Virus record (IMG/VR): IMGVR_UViG_3300021602_000006
Location: 6,490 to 70,489 of that record
Source of the DNA: a virus
DNA: 64,000 bases
Direction: 5' to 3' (one strand)
Shown: piece after piece, positions 9,501 through 18,492 of the stretch
How the letters are laid out: each line of letters opens with the position of its first letter
Numbering within the stretch: the stretch's first letter is position 1
Made by a program: the position numbers and the translations under genes
Notes under the pieces: generated by a model
Databases searched by the model: none
What the model was told of the DNA's origin: nothing
What the model saw: only the letters and a program-made list of their open reading frames with translations

Positions 9501-9695
9501 ATGATCGATATGGGACAAGCAGATTCTTCACTAAGACGTAATCCTGCCACATATACAATTCGTCCTTGCTGGACGGCCTGTCTTAAGAGAGCAGCAAAAG
9601 AAATGGGATTCGATCATTACATGAATGTTCCTATGGACTTAGATGAGGAACTACGCAACAAAGCATATGAAATTGCCGGCATTGTTATCTGTTAG
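9501..9695 (+). CDS. Hypothetical protein
   Basis: AGGAG RBS before ATG 9501. Confidence 0.65.
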   Translation: MIDMGQADSSLRRNPATYTIRPCWTACLKRAAKEMGFDHYMNVPMDLDEELRNKAYEIAGIVIC

Positions 9696-9757
9696 TAGTT
9701 GACATCATCCAACATCTACTATATAATACACTCATCGCAGCAAACAAAGACAGTTAA

Positions 9758-10015
9758 ATGAAAACTAATACTCTTACTCCATTACTTGGTTGGGTGTACG
9801 AAGAAGTACCTATCTACCAACTGTATGTAGGTGACAAGGTACAATTTACCTGCAACGGTCGCGGTCGTGGCGGTCATTATCAAGTAACGGCAGTCGTCAC
9901 AAAGATAAATCGCAAGACCTTCCAAGCAACCGAAGCTGATAAAAGCTACAGCCCAGGAACACTGTGGCGTCTTAAACTTGACAGCGAAATTTACATTCTG
10001 AAGGGTGTAGAATGA
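9758..10015 (+). CDS. Hypothetical protein (possible SH3/KOW-like barrel)
   Basis: Cassette promoter 9699; VGDKVQF..VTKINRKT. Confidence 0.7.
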   Translation: MKTNTLTPLLGWVYEEVPIYQLYVGDKVQFTCNGRGRGGHYQVTAVVTKINRKTFQATEADKSYSPGTLWRLKLDSEIYILKGVE

Positions 10016-10209
10016 AACTTTCTTCGTTTATTGATTATCTTCGAGAGTTGCCAAATCAGAACGCACAGGTAGAAATTCTCTCTTATGACCCTGCCTCTCC
10101 TACGCCAGTAACTTTGCAGCATGTCAACCCAATCAATATCGAACTCTATATCGATTATGATTCATCCGATAAAGATGTACTCCGTATCGGATATTTTGAA
10201 TGTATCTGA
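10012..10209 (+). CDS. Hypothetical protein
   Basis: ATGA overlap. Confidence 0.6.
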   Translation: MKLSSFIDYLRELPNQNAQVEILSYDPASPTPVTLQHVNPINIELYIDYDSSDKDVLRIGYFECI

Positions 10210-10401
10210 GTGAGCCTATTTGATGTTATAAGATATCCAATAAGCAATCCAGCTACTCTGGAAGAACTTCACGCGATCTCCAATCCATTAAAGGTAGAGA
10301 TACTCAGGGCAATACAAGCATCTGGTGTTCAAATCTTTAGCGAAGAAGGAACTGAGCTAATTAGATGGATGATACTTAGGCACGAAGATGACGATATTTG
10401 A
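10210..10401 (+). CDS. Hypothetical protein, FDVIRYP paralogue 1
   Basis: Shared N-terminus with the next two ORFs. Confidence 0.7.
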   Translation: MSLFDVIRYPISNPATLEELHAISNPLKVEILRAIQASGVQIFSEEGTELIRWMILRHEDDDI

Positions 10402-10660
10402 CACAATACGTTATCCAGTAAGCGATAAGCCTACTGTAGAGGAACTCCAACGAATACCTAAACCCATAATACAGATGTGGCGTGATAATACTATGTGGAG
10501 AGAGCATGGAACAGTTTCGCCCGCCGGCATGTCAGCATGGTACTGGAGACCTCGTACACAAGAGCATGTCAGGACAGAAGATGCTATAGCAGCGGATAAA
10601 GCCGAAGTAGCCTTTCTAAGAAGACTTATTGCTAAGTGGGACGATGATGACCATCTTTGA
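10388..10660 (+). CDS. Hypothetical protein, FDTIRYP paralogue 2
   Basis: MTIFDTIRYPVSDKPTVEELQRIP. Confidence 0.75.
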   Translation: MTIFDTIRYPVSDKPTVEELQRIPKPIIQMWRDNTMWREHGTVSPAGMSAWYWRPRTQEHVRTEDAIAADKAEVAFLRRLIAKWDDDDHL

Positions 10661-10937
10661 TGTTATCAAGTGTCGCATAGACGAAGACTTTCTAATAGAA
10701 GACCTAAGGCGAATACCTCAGCAAATACTATGTGATTGGTGTAGAGAAGAATTAGGTACAGATTCAATGCTGTCTGCTCCAACATGGATACACGAGCATA
10801 TGAAGTTGACTGCTCACTATTATAATGGTGGAATGTTTCAAGCACACTATAGAAGAAGATACTTAGACTCATTAAGAAAGAGAATAAGAGAGTATGAAGA
10901 ACCGTTGAAACAAATGGACGAAGAAGGAATAGATTGA
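10647..10937 (+). CDS. Hypothetical protein, FDVIK paralogue 3
   Basis: MTIFDVIKCRIDEDFLIEDLRRIP. Confidence 0.7.
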   Translation: MTIFDVIKCRIDEDFLIEDLRRIPQQILCDWCREELGTDSMLSAPTWIHEHMKLTAHYYNGGMFQAHYRRRYLDSLRKRIREYEEPLKQMDEEGID

Positions 10938-10980
10938 CACTCAAGTAAGCATAAAAGCTGGGATAAGTCAGGGGTAGCAA

Positions 10981-11105
10981 TAGAGAAAGATAGGGGAAGG
11001 TAGGGGACGTTAGAGCACTGTAAGGGCAGGTAAAAGTGGGCATAGAAGTGTATGCAAGGGCAGGTAGATGTGATGAAGTGCAATAAAGTGCAAAGATGTG
11101 CAATT
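10981..11105 (+). repeat. Purine-rich tract with 10-bp periodicity
   Basis: Six consecutive decamers begin TARRR, the next six mostly end GTG. Confidence 0.65.
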
Positions 11106-11160
11106 TTATCAACGTATATGGTTTGATTGAATTCGAGCTCGCCTCTCTCGGTAGATTTCA

Positions 11161-11260
11161 AGGTCAGATTTGGTCTTTAAGGTAGGAATTCTAGGTAGGA
11201 ATCCTAGGCGACATTTCTAGATAGGGTTTTGGGCGCAGATTCGCACGCGGATTTCGCATT
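11161..11260 (+). repeat. Degenerate 13-bp tandem repeats (AGGTAGGAATTCT type)
   Basis: Units at 11180, 11193, 11206; 18-bp head AGGTCAGATTTGGTCTTT identical to 19185-19202. Confidence 0.7.
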
Positions 11261-11321
11261 CGCGCTCGATAGATGTGTGCGTGTATGCATTTCTACCTAT
11301 CTCATTGGCTATCATTGCTTA

Positions 11322-12005
11322 AGGTAGATACTCTATCTATCGCTATGCACACAAGGTTGCCATAATGCGATGTTGCCAGGTAGATACCCTATACACATAC
11401 CTCTACCTATACACATACGTCTATTTGAACACCTTCTGATACTCTATCGATACTCTATCTTACCATACAGCTACCGTAAACACTGTATCACCTGCACCAT
11501 CATGAAGGCATAGCAACTGGCATCAGGTAGATACTCTATCGATACTCTACTACACTGTGATGCTCTATATGATAAATAACATTGTAGTAAATTAGATAGA
11601 TACTCTATTCTTAAAGTCGCTTACGAGCATTGGCCAGCAGTTAGAAGTTCTATCACATATCTATTACATTTCGCAAACGGGTATAACAGCGAATAATAAA
11701 TGATAAACCAGTAGGTATTGAGTCCTATAGTTAGTTGCGGATATCGAATAATGCAGAATAGTCGATATTGATTTACACATTATGCCTGCACGCGCCTACT
11801 GCTTCGGCATGCGATGGACATAGTTAATTTAAAGGGCATCAAGGCCCTATCGCCATTTGTGAAATCCTATCTATACTATGCCTACAGTTTATACTATGTC
11901 CGCAGAGAATTTCTATCTATCTGATACTCTATAGATACTCTTTGATAGGGTATCATTATGAAATCCTTTTCAATATAGAAACTCGAATGCCGAAACTCTA
12001 TCGAA
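11322..12005 (+). repeat. GATACTCTAT iteron-like cluster
   Basis: About 9 exact or near copies, some as GATACTCTATCGATACTCTA doublets, in non-coding DNA. Confidence 0.75.
11581..11860 (+). ncRNA. Candidate late structured RNA
   Basis: Follows GATAAATA at 11571; stems TGTAGT/ATTACA, GATAGA/TCTATC, CAGTAGG/CCTACTG, ATATCGA/TCGATAT; no ORF. Confidence 0.4.
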
Positions 12006-12305
12006 AGGTGAAATGGGTATCGAGGGTTTCGAATTTCGATAGAAAGGGTTTCGATAGGGTTAGTTGGTGCTTACTTACCGAAGAGTTTCAGTCTCGGTAG
12101 CAGGTTGACCCAGTAAGCTTAAAGTTACCGAGGCTGCGGCCCAGTGTTAATACCTCGCTAACTGTTTTTCCCAGTGCTCGTAGATGTTACCGAGGCCTGC
12201 AAATGTCTCGGTAGACCAGAGCTCATTGCCTGCAGATTGTATAGCGAGGTATGCCTGCATCTCTACCTTGTTGACATTTGCCTAATACTACCTTACAATA
12301 GGAGC

Positions 12306-12716
12306 ATGAAGAACACACTTGTCACGGCCACGACGATAGCATATACAGTGCGTGACTGGGTTGAAAAGGAAGCATTCCGTAAGAACTATCACCCGGATAA
12401 CCTATTAGGGTGGTGTGCAATTGCTTCTGCTGAACTACATAAGCGGCTGAAGAAGGAAGGCATTAAGGCCGATATATGTGTAAGTACGGAGCATTATATG
12501 GGGTCACACTGCTATATCGTAATAGAAGACCATGTTTTAGATGTAACTGCAACACAATTCGATACCTTTAGGAATACGAAAGTAGTTATTATGCACTCTA
12601 AGGAAGCAGAAGTGCATGAAATGTATAGGGCGGAGAAGGTGTTTGGTACAAGCAAGGAGCTTCGGGTGTACCAAAATAAACAGCGTTGGCCATCAAAACA
12701 AATTGCATACGCTTAG
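12306..12716 (+). CDS. Putative transglutaminase/papain-like Cys-His-Asp protein
   Basis: GWCAIAS ... SHCYIVIEDHVLDVTATQF; promoter 12271. Confidence 0.6.
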   Translation: MKNTLVTATTIAYTVRDWVEKEAFRKNYHPDNLLGWCAIASAELHKRLKKEGIKADICVSTEHYMGSHCYIVIEDHVLDVTATQFDTFRNTKVVIMHSKEAEVHEMYRAEKVFGTSKELRVYQNKQRWPSKQIAYA

Positions 12717-12736
12717 ATCTATGCTATAATAAGGCA

Positions 12737-12839
12737 TAGAGGATATAAGACCGCACTGACGTCTTACAAGCGGCTCAGCGGTAACTGGGCGAAGGAAGTA
12801 TTACCGTACATCTAGATTAGTGCTGTCCTATATACTCTA
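12737..12839 (+). ncRNA. Candidate structured RNA/leader
   Basis: Starts just after a -10 box; long closing stem TAGAG..GCACTGA / TTAGTGC..CTCTA; inner CGGTAA/TTACCG. Confidence 0.45.
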
Positions 12840-12850
12840 CGAGGATTTAC

Positions 12851-13003
12851 ATGCAAGTACACTGTCCCGAATGTGGTGAAGATCATGATCCAAAGGATGT
12901 CACGTTCGTTAACATCGAAGAGGATATTAATGGGCGGGACTTGCTGACATTTGTTTGCCCAGTTACCGGAAAAGAAACGAAAGCTTTGGTAACAGGCCGT
13001 TGA
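12851..13003 (+). CDS. Small zinc-ribbon-like protein (50 aa)
   Basis: CPEC ... NIEEDINGRD ... CP; GAGG RBS. Confidence 0.7.
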   Translation: MQVHCPECGEDHDPKDVTFVNIEEDINGRDLLTFVCPVTGKETKALVTGR

Positions 13004-13056
13004 CAGGGTGGCTTCTATCTAGTATAATACATACTCAACAACACACAGGAGTCTAT

Positions 13057-13260
13057 ATGACACTCGCAGCAGCAGGTTACAAGACAAAGAAGGACCTTAA
13101 GGCATCCGTCGGCAAGCCGCTTGGCTTCAACGAAACCAGCATGTTCGGCCCGGAGTACAAGGCAGACGGCAAGTTCGCAGTGGTAGGGCCTAGTGCGTAC
13201 GAACGCAAGTGGTTCGCCGAAGTGACAATGAAAGAAGGCAAGATTGCCAAGGTGAGCTAA
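13057..13260 (+). CDS. Hypothetical protein (YKTKKDLKASVGK..ETSMFGPEY)
   Basis: Cassette promoter 13000 + AGGAG. Confidence 0.8.
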   Translation: MTLAAAGYKTKKDLKASVGKPLGFNETSMFGPEYKADGKFAVVGPSAYERKWFAEVTMKEGKIAKVS

Positions 13261-13261
13261 C

Positions 13262-13585
13262 ATGACAGTCACTAACAAGCAAATTGCACATGTTTTCGGG
13301 GCGTCGCTGAATCATATCAAGTTGGTACGTGACCCATGGGCCGATGGTGTGAAGTTCATCTGCTGGGCAATCGAAGACTCGTTTGCAGGCACACAGGCTG
13401 CACGTGACGCGGCAAAGCGGGTTATCGGCCAGCGAATCTATCCGTACATTTCGATGGACGATTGGCTGCAACAGCAATTCGGTGTACGAAAGTTCAACCG
13501 CGTGTACACTTTCGAGCGTATGCAGCAGCATCGCGTCGCCTGGTTGAAACAACTCATTGAAGAGTTTGAAACAAAGAAAGACTGA
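13262..13585 (+). CDS. Hypothetical protein, tandem paralogue A
   Basis: ICWAIE..RIYPY..RMQQHRVAWLKQLIEEF. Confidence 0.8.
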   Translation: MTVTNKQIAHVFGASLNHIKLVRDPWADGVKFICWAIEDSFAGTQAARDAAKRVIGQRIYPYISMDDWLQQQFGVRKFNRVYTFERMQQHRVAWLKQLIEEFETKKD

Positions 13586-13586
13586 C

Positions 13587-13931
13587 ATGCACAAAACCAC
13601 ACGCGCCCGCATCCACAAGGCACTTGTCAATGCAGTGCCATATCTCGCGGGCCCCGGGGTAAGGCCCACGTGGCATAGCCCGATTGAATCATACATCTGC
13701 TTTGCCATCGAGTCCGGCAACCACAAACTCGACAATTTCGGCGACCGTAGGCCGACACAATCGGCTAGGATGGCAAGACGAATGATCGAAGAGCGTATTT
13801 TTCCTTACTATTCGTTGGGCGGGTGGCTCGAACATCAAGCCGGCATCCGTGAGAGAGATCTGACAAACAACCGGATGCAAGCGTACCGGCATGCCTGGCT
13901 GAAACAACTCATCAAAGAGTTTAGTAAGTAA
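13587..13931 (+). CDS. Hypothetical protein, tandem paralogue B
   Basis: ICFAIE..RIFPY..RMQAYRHAWLKQLIKEF. Confidence 0.8.
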   Translation: MHKTTRARIHKALVNAVPYLAGPGVRPTWHSPIESYICFAIESGNHKLDNFGDRRPTQSARMARRMIEERIFPYYSLGGWLEHQAGIRERDLTNNRMQAYRHAWLKQLIKEFSK

Positions 13932-13989
13932 TCGTTGACAGCGACTCCTTGGTGCGCTATAATACATACATCGCAACAAGGAACCTACC

Positions 13990-14298
13990 ATGCTTAATCC
14001 ACTCGTTACAATCATCAGCGGCGGCCAAGCTGTTCGTCACCCATACAGCGGCGGAGTGAAGAAGGCCACTGTTACAAAGAAGCATCGCCGGTTGATTTGG
14101 GAGTGTATGCTGGGAACAGTGTACGCATTGGATCCTTTGGATAAGGATATCAATCGCACAGAGAAGTATTTCGATTACGACTATACTGCTGCACACCTGC
14201 ACGCAAAAGTCGCGCAATGCACTGACTTGCGGGTATGCAAGCCACGCGGCTACCGTAAGTTCTCCCTGTGGGGCATTCCACCTGCAATAGCAAAGTAA
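13990..14298 (+). CDS. Hypothetical protein
   Basis: Cassette promoter 13935. Confidence 0.75.
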   Translation: MLNPLVTIISGGQAVRHPYSGGVKKATVTKKHRRLIWECMLGTVYALDPLDKDINRTEKYFDYDYTAAHLHAKVAQCTDLRVCKPRGYRKFSLWGIPPAIAK

Positions 14299-14355
14299 TC
14301 GTTGACATATGGTTCCATAGGCCATATAATACATACATCGCAACAAGGAGTCTAT

Positions 14356-14421
14356 ATGCTGTATCCAATATGTGATTGTGCAGAAGAATTTCACGAGGAA
14401 CCTGACTATGAGTATGCTTAA
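14356..14421 (+). CDS. 21-aa acidic peptide MLYPICDCAEEFHEEPDYEYA
   Basis: Directly after the cassette RBS AGGAG; overlaps the next start. Confidence 0.45.
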   Translation: MLYPICDCAEEFHEEPDYEYA

Positions 14422-14656
14422 AGCCAACATTGTTATCCGCGGGATTAACCTGGGCTCACGCGAGGTTAGAAGGGCCTTGCAGGCCGGAGGTTACCCTACC
14501 GATAAGGTAGACGAACGGAAGTTCATTGGGATCAACGGAACTCAGTTCGTGTATTCCATCAACTACCCGGACGACGATGCCCACAAGGGCGTTGGCAATG
14601 CTCTTGTGTATGTTGAGTGGGATGAGAAACTCAACTGCTTTACTGCAGATTATTAG
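14414..14656 (+). CDS. Hypothetical protein
   Basis: ORF track frame; ends FTADY. Confidence 0.7.
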   Translation: MLKANIVIRGINLGSREVRRALQAGGYPTDKVDERKFIGINGTQFVYSINYPDDDAHKGVGNALVYVEWDEKLNCFTADY

Positions 14657-14710
14657 TTGACATTTAATCCAAGTTGCGCTATAATAGCTACTTCGCAACA
14701 AAGGAACATT

Positions 14711-15091
14711 ATGGTACTCCACTTTAATCCAAACGCTTGTGCAAGCAAGGCGATTGAGAATCACTTCAATGCGTGCATCTCGAGCGGCATTGAAGTTAGT
14801 GTTGTCAGCGTAGACAAGGAGGGTGTTACGCTTGCTCCACACCGCTTTGGTGGCGAGCTTCCAAAGGCATTTACCCTTGTGCAACGCATGGCAGGCAGCG
14901 GCGTATGCATTGGTGGTTACCTCAAGCACGAGTACACGGAAGGCTTCGACTTGAAGGGGAAGAAGTGCTTTGTTACGCTGGGCGGGACAATGCGGTCACC
15001 CACTGTGAAGATTATGCTGGACTCAGCGGCAAATCGCATGCCTAATAAGGATGTGCGGTTGGTTAGCTTTGACCCCCATTACAGCGAATAA
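14711..15091 (+). CDS. Hypothetical protein
   Basis: Cassette promoter 14657. Confidence 0.75.
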   Translation: MVLHFNPNACASKAIENHFNACISSGIEVSVVSVDKEGVTLAPHRFGGELPKAFTLVQRMAGSGVCIGGYLKHEYTEGFDLKGKKCFVTLGGTMRSPTVKIMLDSAANRMPNKDVRLVSFDPHYSE

Positions 15092-15151
15092 AAGGTTGAC
15101 TGCGGATACTTTCCGCAGTATAATACACTCATCGCAACAAAGGAGACAGTA

Positions 15152-15430
15152 ATGTCTGATACAAAGAAGCTTCGCCAAGCATTCAAGGATGCTGGCTTCC
15201 GCCAAGCTAATCCCTGGGCGCCCGCTGTGTTCAATGACAAGGCTAAGGACGGTACACGCCGCCTGAAGCTGTGGAATGGCGAGCACATCTTCCATGCTCC
15301 GCTGTTTGCACAACAGGAGTTGGAGCGTCAACTGAAACGTCAGTTCCAGGGCCGCTACCTCTATGGCATGTTTATCCGCGCAACGGATCGCATGGGCGGC
15401 AAGAGTTTTATTGTCCGTCTGGTGGACTAA
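15152..15430 (+). CDS. Hypothetical protein (DKAKDG family)
   Basis: Cassette promoter 15096; motif shared with 18172. Confidence 0.8.
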   Translation: MSDTKKLRQAFKDAGFRQANPWAPAVFNDKAKDGTRRLKLWNGEHIFHAPLFAQQELERQLKRQFQGRYLYGMFIRATDRMGGKSFIVRLVD

Positions 15431-15492
15431 ACGGTAGACAGGGAGGGAACTCCCTGCTATAATACACTTTTACAACAACGTGGAGAGTAAAT

Positions 15493-15642
15493 ATGAAGCG
15501 TCTTTTCAAAGTCAACGGTGAGTTCTATGCATCCAAGGCCGCGGCCAAGGCTGCTCGTGGCGAGCGTGTGAATGGGCCCGATGGTGCACCGGTGTACAAG
15601 TACACTGTCCAAACGGGTCCGGATCACTGGAAGAATCTGTAG
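15493..15642 (+). CDS. Hypothetical protein (49 aa, GPDHW)
   Basis: Cassette promoter 15435 + GGAG. Confidence 0.75.
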   Translation: MKRLFKVNGEFYASKAAAKAARGERVNGPDGAPVYKYTVQTGPDHWKNL

Positions 15643-15742
15643 AAGAGGAGGCGACTGCCGCCGGCTTTCGCATGAGTGGAATAAGTGTTGACTGTCGGTT
15701 CCGATTGCGCTATAATACCTACATAGCAGCAAGGAGCACAAA

Positions 15743-16105
15743 ATGGATTTAGCAGGATGTGACGTTAGTGTATGGTCCTATCTTAAGGACTTTGGCTACA
15801 CTGAGGACGGCGAGTCCTTCATCGGCGAAGTCTATTGTGTCTATGTTACTGATGCAAAAGGTAATCGTTGGGTTCACGGCAAAGAGTTTCCTGGTGTGGA
15901 GAAGTGGGAAAACGAATGGGCAGTAGGATTCAAAGACATTCGCGAAGAGGCCCAAGCACAGTGTAATGCTCTTGCAGCTAAAGTTCTTGAGGCAGGCACT
16001 GTTAATTTGGATTACTGGTGCACTACCCGCCCTGCATACGGGTCGTATGCTTATGAAGCGTATGGGCGCCATGATGATATGGTGTGGGAAAAGGAAGTAG
16101 GTTAA
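15743..16105 (+). CDS. Hypothetical protein (RPAYGS motif)
   Basis: Cassette promoter 15688. Confidence 0.8.
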   Translation: MDLAGCDVSVWSYLKDFGYTEDGESFIGEVYCVYVTDAKGNRWVHGKEFPGVEKWENEWAVGFKDIREEAQAQCNALAAKVLEAGTVNLDYWCTTRPAYGSYAYEAYGRHDDMVWEKEVG

Positions 16106-16106
16106 T

Positions 16107-16310
16107 ATGACAACCGTGGCAAAAATGGGCAACAAGATTGTAGAGATCATGAGGTATGCATGGGAAGTACAGTTCTCGCCGGACAAAGGCTGGGTTCTGG
16201 TAGATCCAGAGCTCGGCGCGCCTGACATGACGGGTTCTACCAGAGCCAATATCAAATGGTATCCAGCCACTACTCGCTTCGAGTGGATAAGAAGTTTCAA
16301 TTTCAGGTAG
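16107..16310 (+). CDS. Hypothetical protein
   Basis: Adjacent, RBS present. Confidence 0.7.
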   Translation: MTTVAKMGNKIVEIMRYAWEVQFSPDKGWVLVDPELGAPDMTGSTRANIKWYPATTRFEWIRSFNFR

Positions 16311-16368
16311 ACACTCGGTTTCTTTGGCCTTATAATAAACACATCGCAACACACAAAGGTCACACAAA

Positions 16369-17199
16369 ATGACAACCCCACAAGCGCAAGTGCTTACAAA
16401 ATGTAAAGCAGTGTTTGAAAAGGCCAAGGAACTGTACGGAGTGGACTTGAGCAAGGTTGCTATCCGCTTCGACTTGAAGGGGCGTGTTGGCGGTACAGCC
16501 GGGGCGCGTGGATTTCCTCGTGCTTACTATATGCGCTTCAATTACGATATGCTGTTGCGTGAAACAGACGAAATGGTTAATGTTGTTGTCCCTCACGAAA
16601 TTGCACACATCGTTTGTTTCATGAAGCCTGCATTGGGACGCAATCATGACAGCGGCTGGGCTCGCGTAGATCGCAGCTTGGGCGGCACAGGCAATCGCAC
16701 ACACAGCATGGATGTCGTGTACGGCAAGGGCACCACATACGAATACACGACGGATCGTGGGCACAAGGTTCGCTTGAATGATCGCCGTCATGCACACATC
16801 CAATCGGGTCGCACACTGTCCTATCGCAAGGGTTTGGGCACCGTTACCCAACAATGTGCATACAGTGTTGTAGGAGCGCAAGGGCGTTCGTTTGCTGCTC
16901 CTGTGGTTAAGCAAGTAGCACCCACAAAGGAGGTGGCTCCGGCTACCATTATCCCTGTGCAAGTACAGCGCCCTGTAGTTATTACACCAGTGCCCCGCAT
17001 TGCCCCTGTAACGCCCGCAGTGACAGGCGGTAGCAAAGCAGACATTGCTCGTGCATTGATGGTGCAAGGACATCGCGCAGGACAGACATACGAACAGATT
17101 ATCCAAGCAATTATGATTGCCAATGGGCACCCGCGCAACCTTGCTGCTTCGTACTACAAGAACAATGCTGCACGCTGCGGCGTTCCACAACACGCATAA
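16369..17199 (+). CDS. SprT-like zinc metalloprotease with C-terminal helical domain
   Basis: VVPHEIAH (HExxH), HDSGW, DLKGRVGGTA; C-terminal GSKAD..AASYYKNN. Confidence 0.85.
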   Translation: MTTPQAQVLTKCKAVFEKAKELYGVDLSKVAIRFDLKGRVGGTAGARGFPRAYYMRFNYDMLLRETDEMVNVVVPHEIAHIVCFMKPALGRNHDSGWARVDRSLGGTGNRTHSMDVVYGKGTTYEYTTDRGHKVRLNDRRHAHIQSGRTLSYRKGLGTVTQQCAYSVVGAQGRSFAAPVVKQVAPTKEVAPATIIPVQVQRPVVITPVPRIAPVTPAVTGGSKADIARALMVQGHRAGQTYEQIIQAIMIANGHPRNLAASYYKNNAARCGVPQHA

Positions 17200-17264
17200 A
17201 ATAGATAGACAGGCAGGATCCATCCTGCTATAATACACTCATTGCAACACACTAAAGGACTTAT

Positions 17265-17462
17265 ATGGACTTGATTAAGATGCTGAAGGATGCCGGTAAT
17301 GACATGAAGGCAGACATGGGCGGCGAAGCTATTGATGACTCAATGGCCTACGAAATGGCAGGCGGGTTGCTCGACGACCCCAAAGTGCTGGCCGCTGCAC
17401 AGAAAATGTGGCCGGGCAAGAGCAAGCAGATCTTGCAAGAGATCATGGCAGATCGCATCTAG
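17265..17462 (+). CDS. Hypothetical protein
   Basis: Cassette promoter 17206. Confidence 0.75.
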   Translation: MDLIKMLKDAGNDMKADMGGEAIDDSMAYEMAGGLLDDPKVLAAAQKMWPGKSKQILQEIMADRI

Positions 17463-17471
17463 GAGTACACT

Positions 17472-17657
17472 GTGGCTAAAGATGTTCTAGGTAAAGAGTT
17501 CAGGGCAGGGCAGAACATTGCTCGCGCTATGTGCCCCAATCGCCTTAGTGCTTACATTGAGGTACAGATTGTTACCCGTGTGGACGGCGACAAAGTGTAC
17601 CTCAACAACAGCAAGCAGCCCATGAAGTTTCCCGAGAGACTGGCAATTATTGGTTGA
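17472..17657 (+). CDS. Hypothetical protein
   Basis: AGGAG + GTG start. Confidence 0.7.
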   Translation: MAKDVLGKEFRAGQNIARAMCPNRLSAYIEVQIVTRVDGDKVYLNNSKQPMKFPERLAIIG

Positions 17658-17706
17658 CGGTAGGATCCATTCCTGCTATAATACACTCATAGTAACAAAG
17701 GACTGT

Positions 17707-18114
17707 ATGGCAAACAAAGTTAAACTGACGCTAGTTGGCATTGATGGCAATGCGTTTTCCCTTATGGGTGCATTCAAGTCTGCTGCGCGTAAGCAGGGCT
17801 GGACAGCAGATGAGATCTCGGATGTGATCTTCAAGTGCATGGCGGGTGATTACAACAACCTGCTCTGCACGTTGATGGACAACACAGAACCCGAGGGTGA
17901 AGAAGGCAACGATGCGGGCGACACTCCAAAGGTAGGCGACCGCTGCTGTGCAGATACAGAAGGGGAAGGCGAATACGGATACGGGGTAATTACTAAGATT
18001 GAAGACGGCCTAGTCTACGCCAATCTGAAAGTGTTTGGTGCAAGCAACTGGGAATTTTGCGGCGATATTCCTACACGCAAAGAAGATGGTGTGTGGATTT
18101 GTGACAGCTTTTAA
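17707..18114 (+). CDS. Hypothetical protein (LVGIDGNAFSLMG..GDYNNLL family)
   Basis: Cassette promoter 17654; widespread phage motif. Confidence 0.8.
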   Translation: MANKVKLTLVGIDGNAFSLMGAFKSAARKQGWTADEISDVIFKCMAGDYNNLLCTLMDNTEPEGEEGNDAGDTPKVGDRCCADTEGEGEYGYGVITKIEDGLVYANLKVFGASNWEFCGDIPTRKEDGVWICDSF

Positions 18115-18171
18115 TTGACAGGATGGAAACATCCTGCTATAATACACTCATAGCAACACAAAGGAAACAAA

Positions 18172-18450
18172 ATGTTCGCAAACACTTTACAAGTTCGTGC
18201 AGTTGTCCACAGTTTAGGCCTTTCACGCCGCAAGACGTGGACAGACAAAGCTAAAGACGGCAGCAAGCTCGTTGCTTTCGAAATCGTGGAAGACGGCGAT
18301 GTTGCTGTTGCACAAGTCCAGAAGGAATTCAAGAAGCTGGGCTACACCAACCGCGTCACTACTACCATAAGCCCTGAAGGCTTACGCTACGGCGGTATTA
18401 CCTACCTGCGTATCAAAGCGGCTCCCCGCCCTTTCAATCGTTTTCGTTGA
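18172..18450 (+). CDS. Hypothetical protein (TLQVR/DKAKDG family)
   Basis: Cassette promoter 18115. Confidence 0.8.
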   Translation: MFANTLQVRAVVHSLGLSRRKTWTDKAKDGSKLVAFEIVEDGDVAVAQVQKEFKKLGYTNRVTTTISPEGLRYGGITYLRIKAAPRPFNRFR

Positions 18451-18492
18451 CATTACCTTAACAAGGTAGTATAATACTATTTTAGGAAAAAT

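Noticed and set aside
10666-11161. - strand ORFs 10666-11112 and 10847-11161
   Set aside because: Low-complexity translations of the periodic purine tract, overlapping a better + strand gene, with no RBS.
16360-17238. 292-aa - strand ORF
   Set aside because: Antisense shadow of the SprT gene.
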